Part shown: positions 62,441-64,000 of the stretch, in pieces
Numbering within the stretch: the stretch's first letter is position 1
Layout: each line of letters opens with the position of its first letter
NCBI RefSeq assembly: GCF_016433145.1
Contig: NC_058133.1
Coordinates: 333,664,778-333,728,777, forward strand
DNA: 64,000 bases
From: Gracilinanus agilis
Lineage: Eukaryota
Direction: 5' to 3'
Made by a program: the position numbers and the translations under genes
Notes under the pieces: model-generated
The model's database searches: none
What the model was told of the DNA's origin: nothing
Seen by the model: the letters and a program-made list of their open reading frames with translations, nothing else

Positions 62441-62984
62441 TTGAGAAAACTGAGGATAAATGACTTGTCCAGGGTCACATAATTAATGTTTAAGACCACA
62501 TCTGAACTCAAGTTTTCCTGACACCAGGCCCAGTGATCCATCCATACTACACAACGTAGCCCCCTAACTTTGTGATGCAAGTACTCAATGCAATTGTGAT
62601 TTCAGAAGTGTAGGAAATTTCCTGCATGGAAACTCCCTCTACAAAAGGAGTTATTCCCATCTATTACTTAGTGGATAAATTTTAGGGAGTTACTTGAGGC
62701 ACAAAGAATTTTTAAATGCTTTATATTTATACATAGTTACACAGCAATAAATTTCAAGGTGGGATTTGTTGCATTAAAAAAAAGATAATTTTCCCACTCT
62801 TGTTCCCAATTACCTCCCCCCAAAGTGCATATAATATACACAATAAAAAAAAGAAAAAAGTATTCTATATAAAACTAAAAAATCTTAATTCTTGCTTTTC
62901 TTAGTAAATATATAAATTCAACGTGTTACTTTTCAAGGCTTTTGTTTATCTATGATGCTTTCTGGTCTCTTCTACTCATTTTTT

Positions 62985-63177
62985 TAAAACCCTTATCTTC
63001 TGTCTTAGAATTAATACTTAGTATCAAGTCCAAGACTGAAGAGTGATAAAGTTAGGCAACTGGAATTCAGTGATTTGCCCAGGGTCACATAGCTGGGAAG
63101 TATCTGAAGTTGAATTTGATCCCAGGTCCTCTCATCTCCAGACCTGGCTCTCTATCCATTGACCCACCTAGTTACCC
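62985..63177 (-). mobile_element. Older SINE1, minus strand
   Basis: Reverse complement of the SINE1 tail and head. Confidence 0.8.
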
Positions 63178-63680
63178 ATCTTCTAAGCATTTAAAAATAA
63201 ATACTCTGATGAATCTCTTTTCTTTTTCTTGGTTCTTCTGTCATAAACTTGTCTATTACCCATCCCTTCCCCAACAAAAAAATTAGAAAAAAGAAAAACA
63301 AAACTCTTATAACAAATACACATAACTAAACAAAACAAATTTCCATAATGACAATGTCCAAAAGGCACATATTATTCTGCATTGAGTTTAAGGTAAGATT
63401 TAGGCTAAGACCTTCCTATCTCGACCTAATACAGCATGCTAGTGGCTACCCCATGCAAGCTTTCTGCTACTTAGACAATTGTACCTCAAATTATCTTACT
63501 GAATGCATCCTGACCTAAGTATTCTCCAAGAAACTGAATATGTTCAATGTGATCACTAATAATTTCCAGACAATGTAAAAACAAATATCGCTACTCTTGA
63601 ATTAACCTAAAGAGGAAAACTCGCATTTTTTCCCTAAGTCACTGTAATTTACACTACAAACTATTGGTAAGCTGTCTTAC

Positions 63681-63790
63681 CTAATATGGGGATGAGAATA
63701 TTGGATAACAATTTCATCTTCAAGATCTCTTCCTGTATGAAGCTGTGACAAAAGGTTACGAGTCTTCCACTCACACTCGAGCTGATGTAA
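63681..63790 (-). CDS. MDN1: MDN1 exon 1/38 in window (LHQLECEWKTRNLLSQLHTGRDLEDEIVIQYSHPHI-R)
   Basis: 110 nt; acceptor ttcctgctag, donor GTAAGA; ends in phase 2, matching the next exon. Too short for the ORF track. Confidence 0.95.
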
Positions 63791-64000
63791 CTAGCAGGAA
63801 AATTGGCAAAATGCATACTAGTGGTTAAAAGTTACATATGGTAAGTATTCTAATTATCTAAAAATCAGGCTCTCTCTAGGCAATAGTTTGTCTTTATAAT
63901 GAAAGTGTTTTGTGAAAGAGTGCTTTTTAAAAAGGATACAGAACTAAACTGATAACACTTTTTAAAAAGAATGCGTTATTCTTCTGGTTAAAAAAAAATC

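Larger units (their letters stand above)
1165..63790 (-). other. MDN1: MDN1 (midasin/Rea1) gene, partial: 38 internal coding exons, 2212 codons (late linker, D/E-rich tail, N-terminal part of MIDAS domain); gene continues beyond both window ends
   Basis: The spliced translation is continuous across 38 GT-AG exons with matching phases. Peptides match recalled vertebrate midasin (e.g. LHQLECEWKTRNL, DWEENASR, GFCLPKE...HDYEGGGIGEGEG, GDYRTGKRLNMRKVIPYIASQFRKDKIWLRRTKPSKRQYQICLAIDDSSSM). Confidence 0.98.

Overview
This is marsupial genomic DNA, probably the opossum Monodelphis domestica, judged from its SINE1/MAR1 SINEs, marsupial L1/RTE and hAT MITEs. The whole window lies inside one minus-strand gene, MDN1 (midasin/Rea1, the AAA+ ATPase of 60S ribosome biogenesis). 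I traced 38 consecutive GT-AG coding exons from 63790 down to 1165. They total 6636 nt (2212 codons), all splice phases are compatible and there are no internal stops. They encode the late helical linker, the acidic D/E-rich tail and the first part of the MIDAS/vWA domain (DDSSS motif); the gene runs off both window ends. The introns are packed with transposons, many with readable target-site duplications (TSDs). These include a gag-only class I ERV remnant nested in a MAR1 SINE, solo LTRs, 5'-truncated L1s, young SINE1 copies, a CpG-retaining RTE 3' fragment inside an L1, and up to six hAT MITEs. There are two assembly gaps (45360-45505, 55581-55926), and neither hides a required exon. I found no convincing wholly new biological system. 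The most notable signals are nine consecutive +5G-less splice donors confined to the D/E-tail exons, a double-poly(A) L1 insertion 16 nt from a donor, the pol-less ERV with an Asn-rich Gag tail, and several hAT MITEs with clean TSDs. Family names and human-MDN1 comparisons are from memory, not from database searches.
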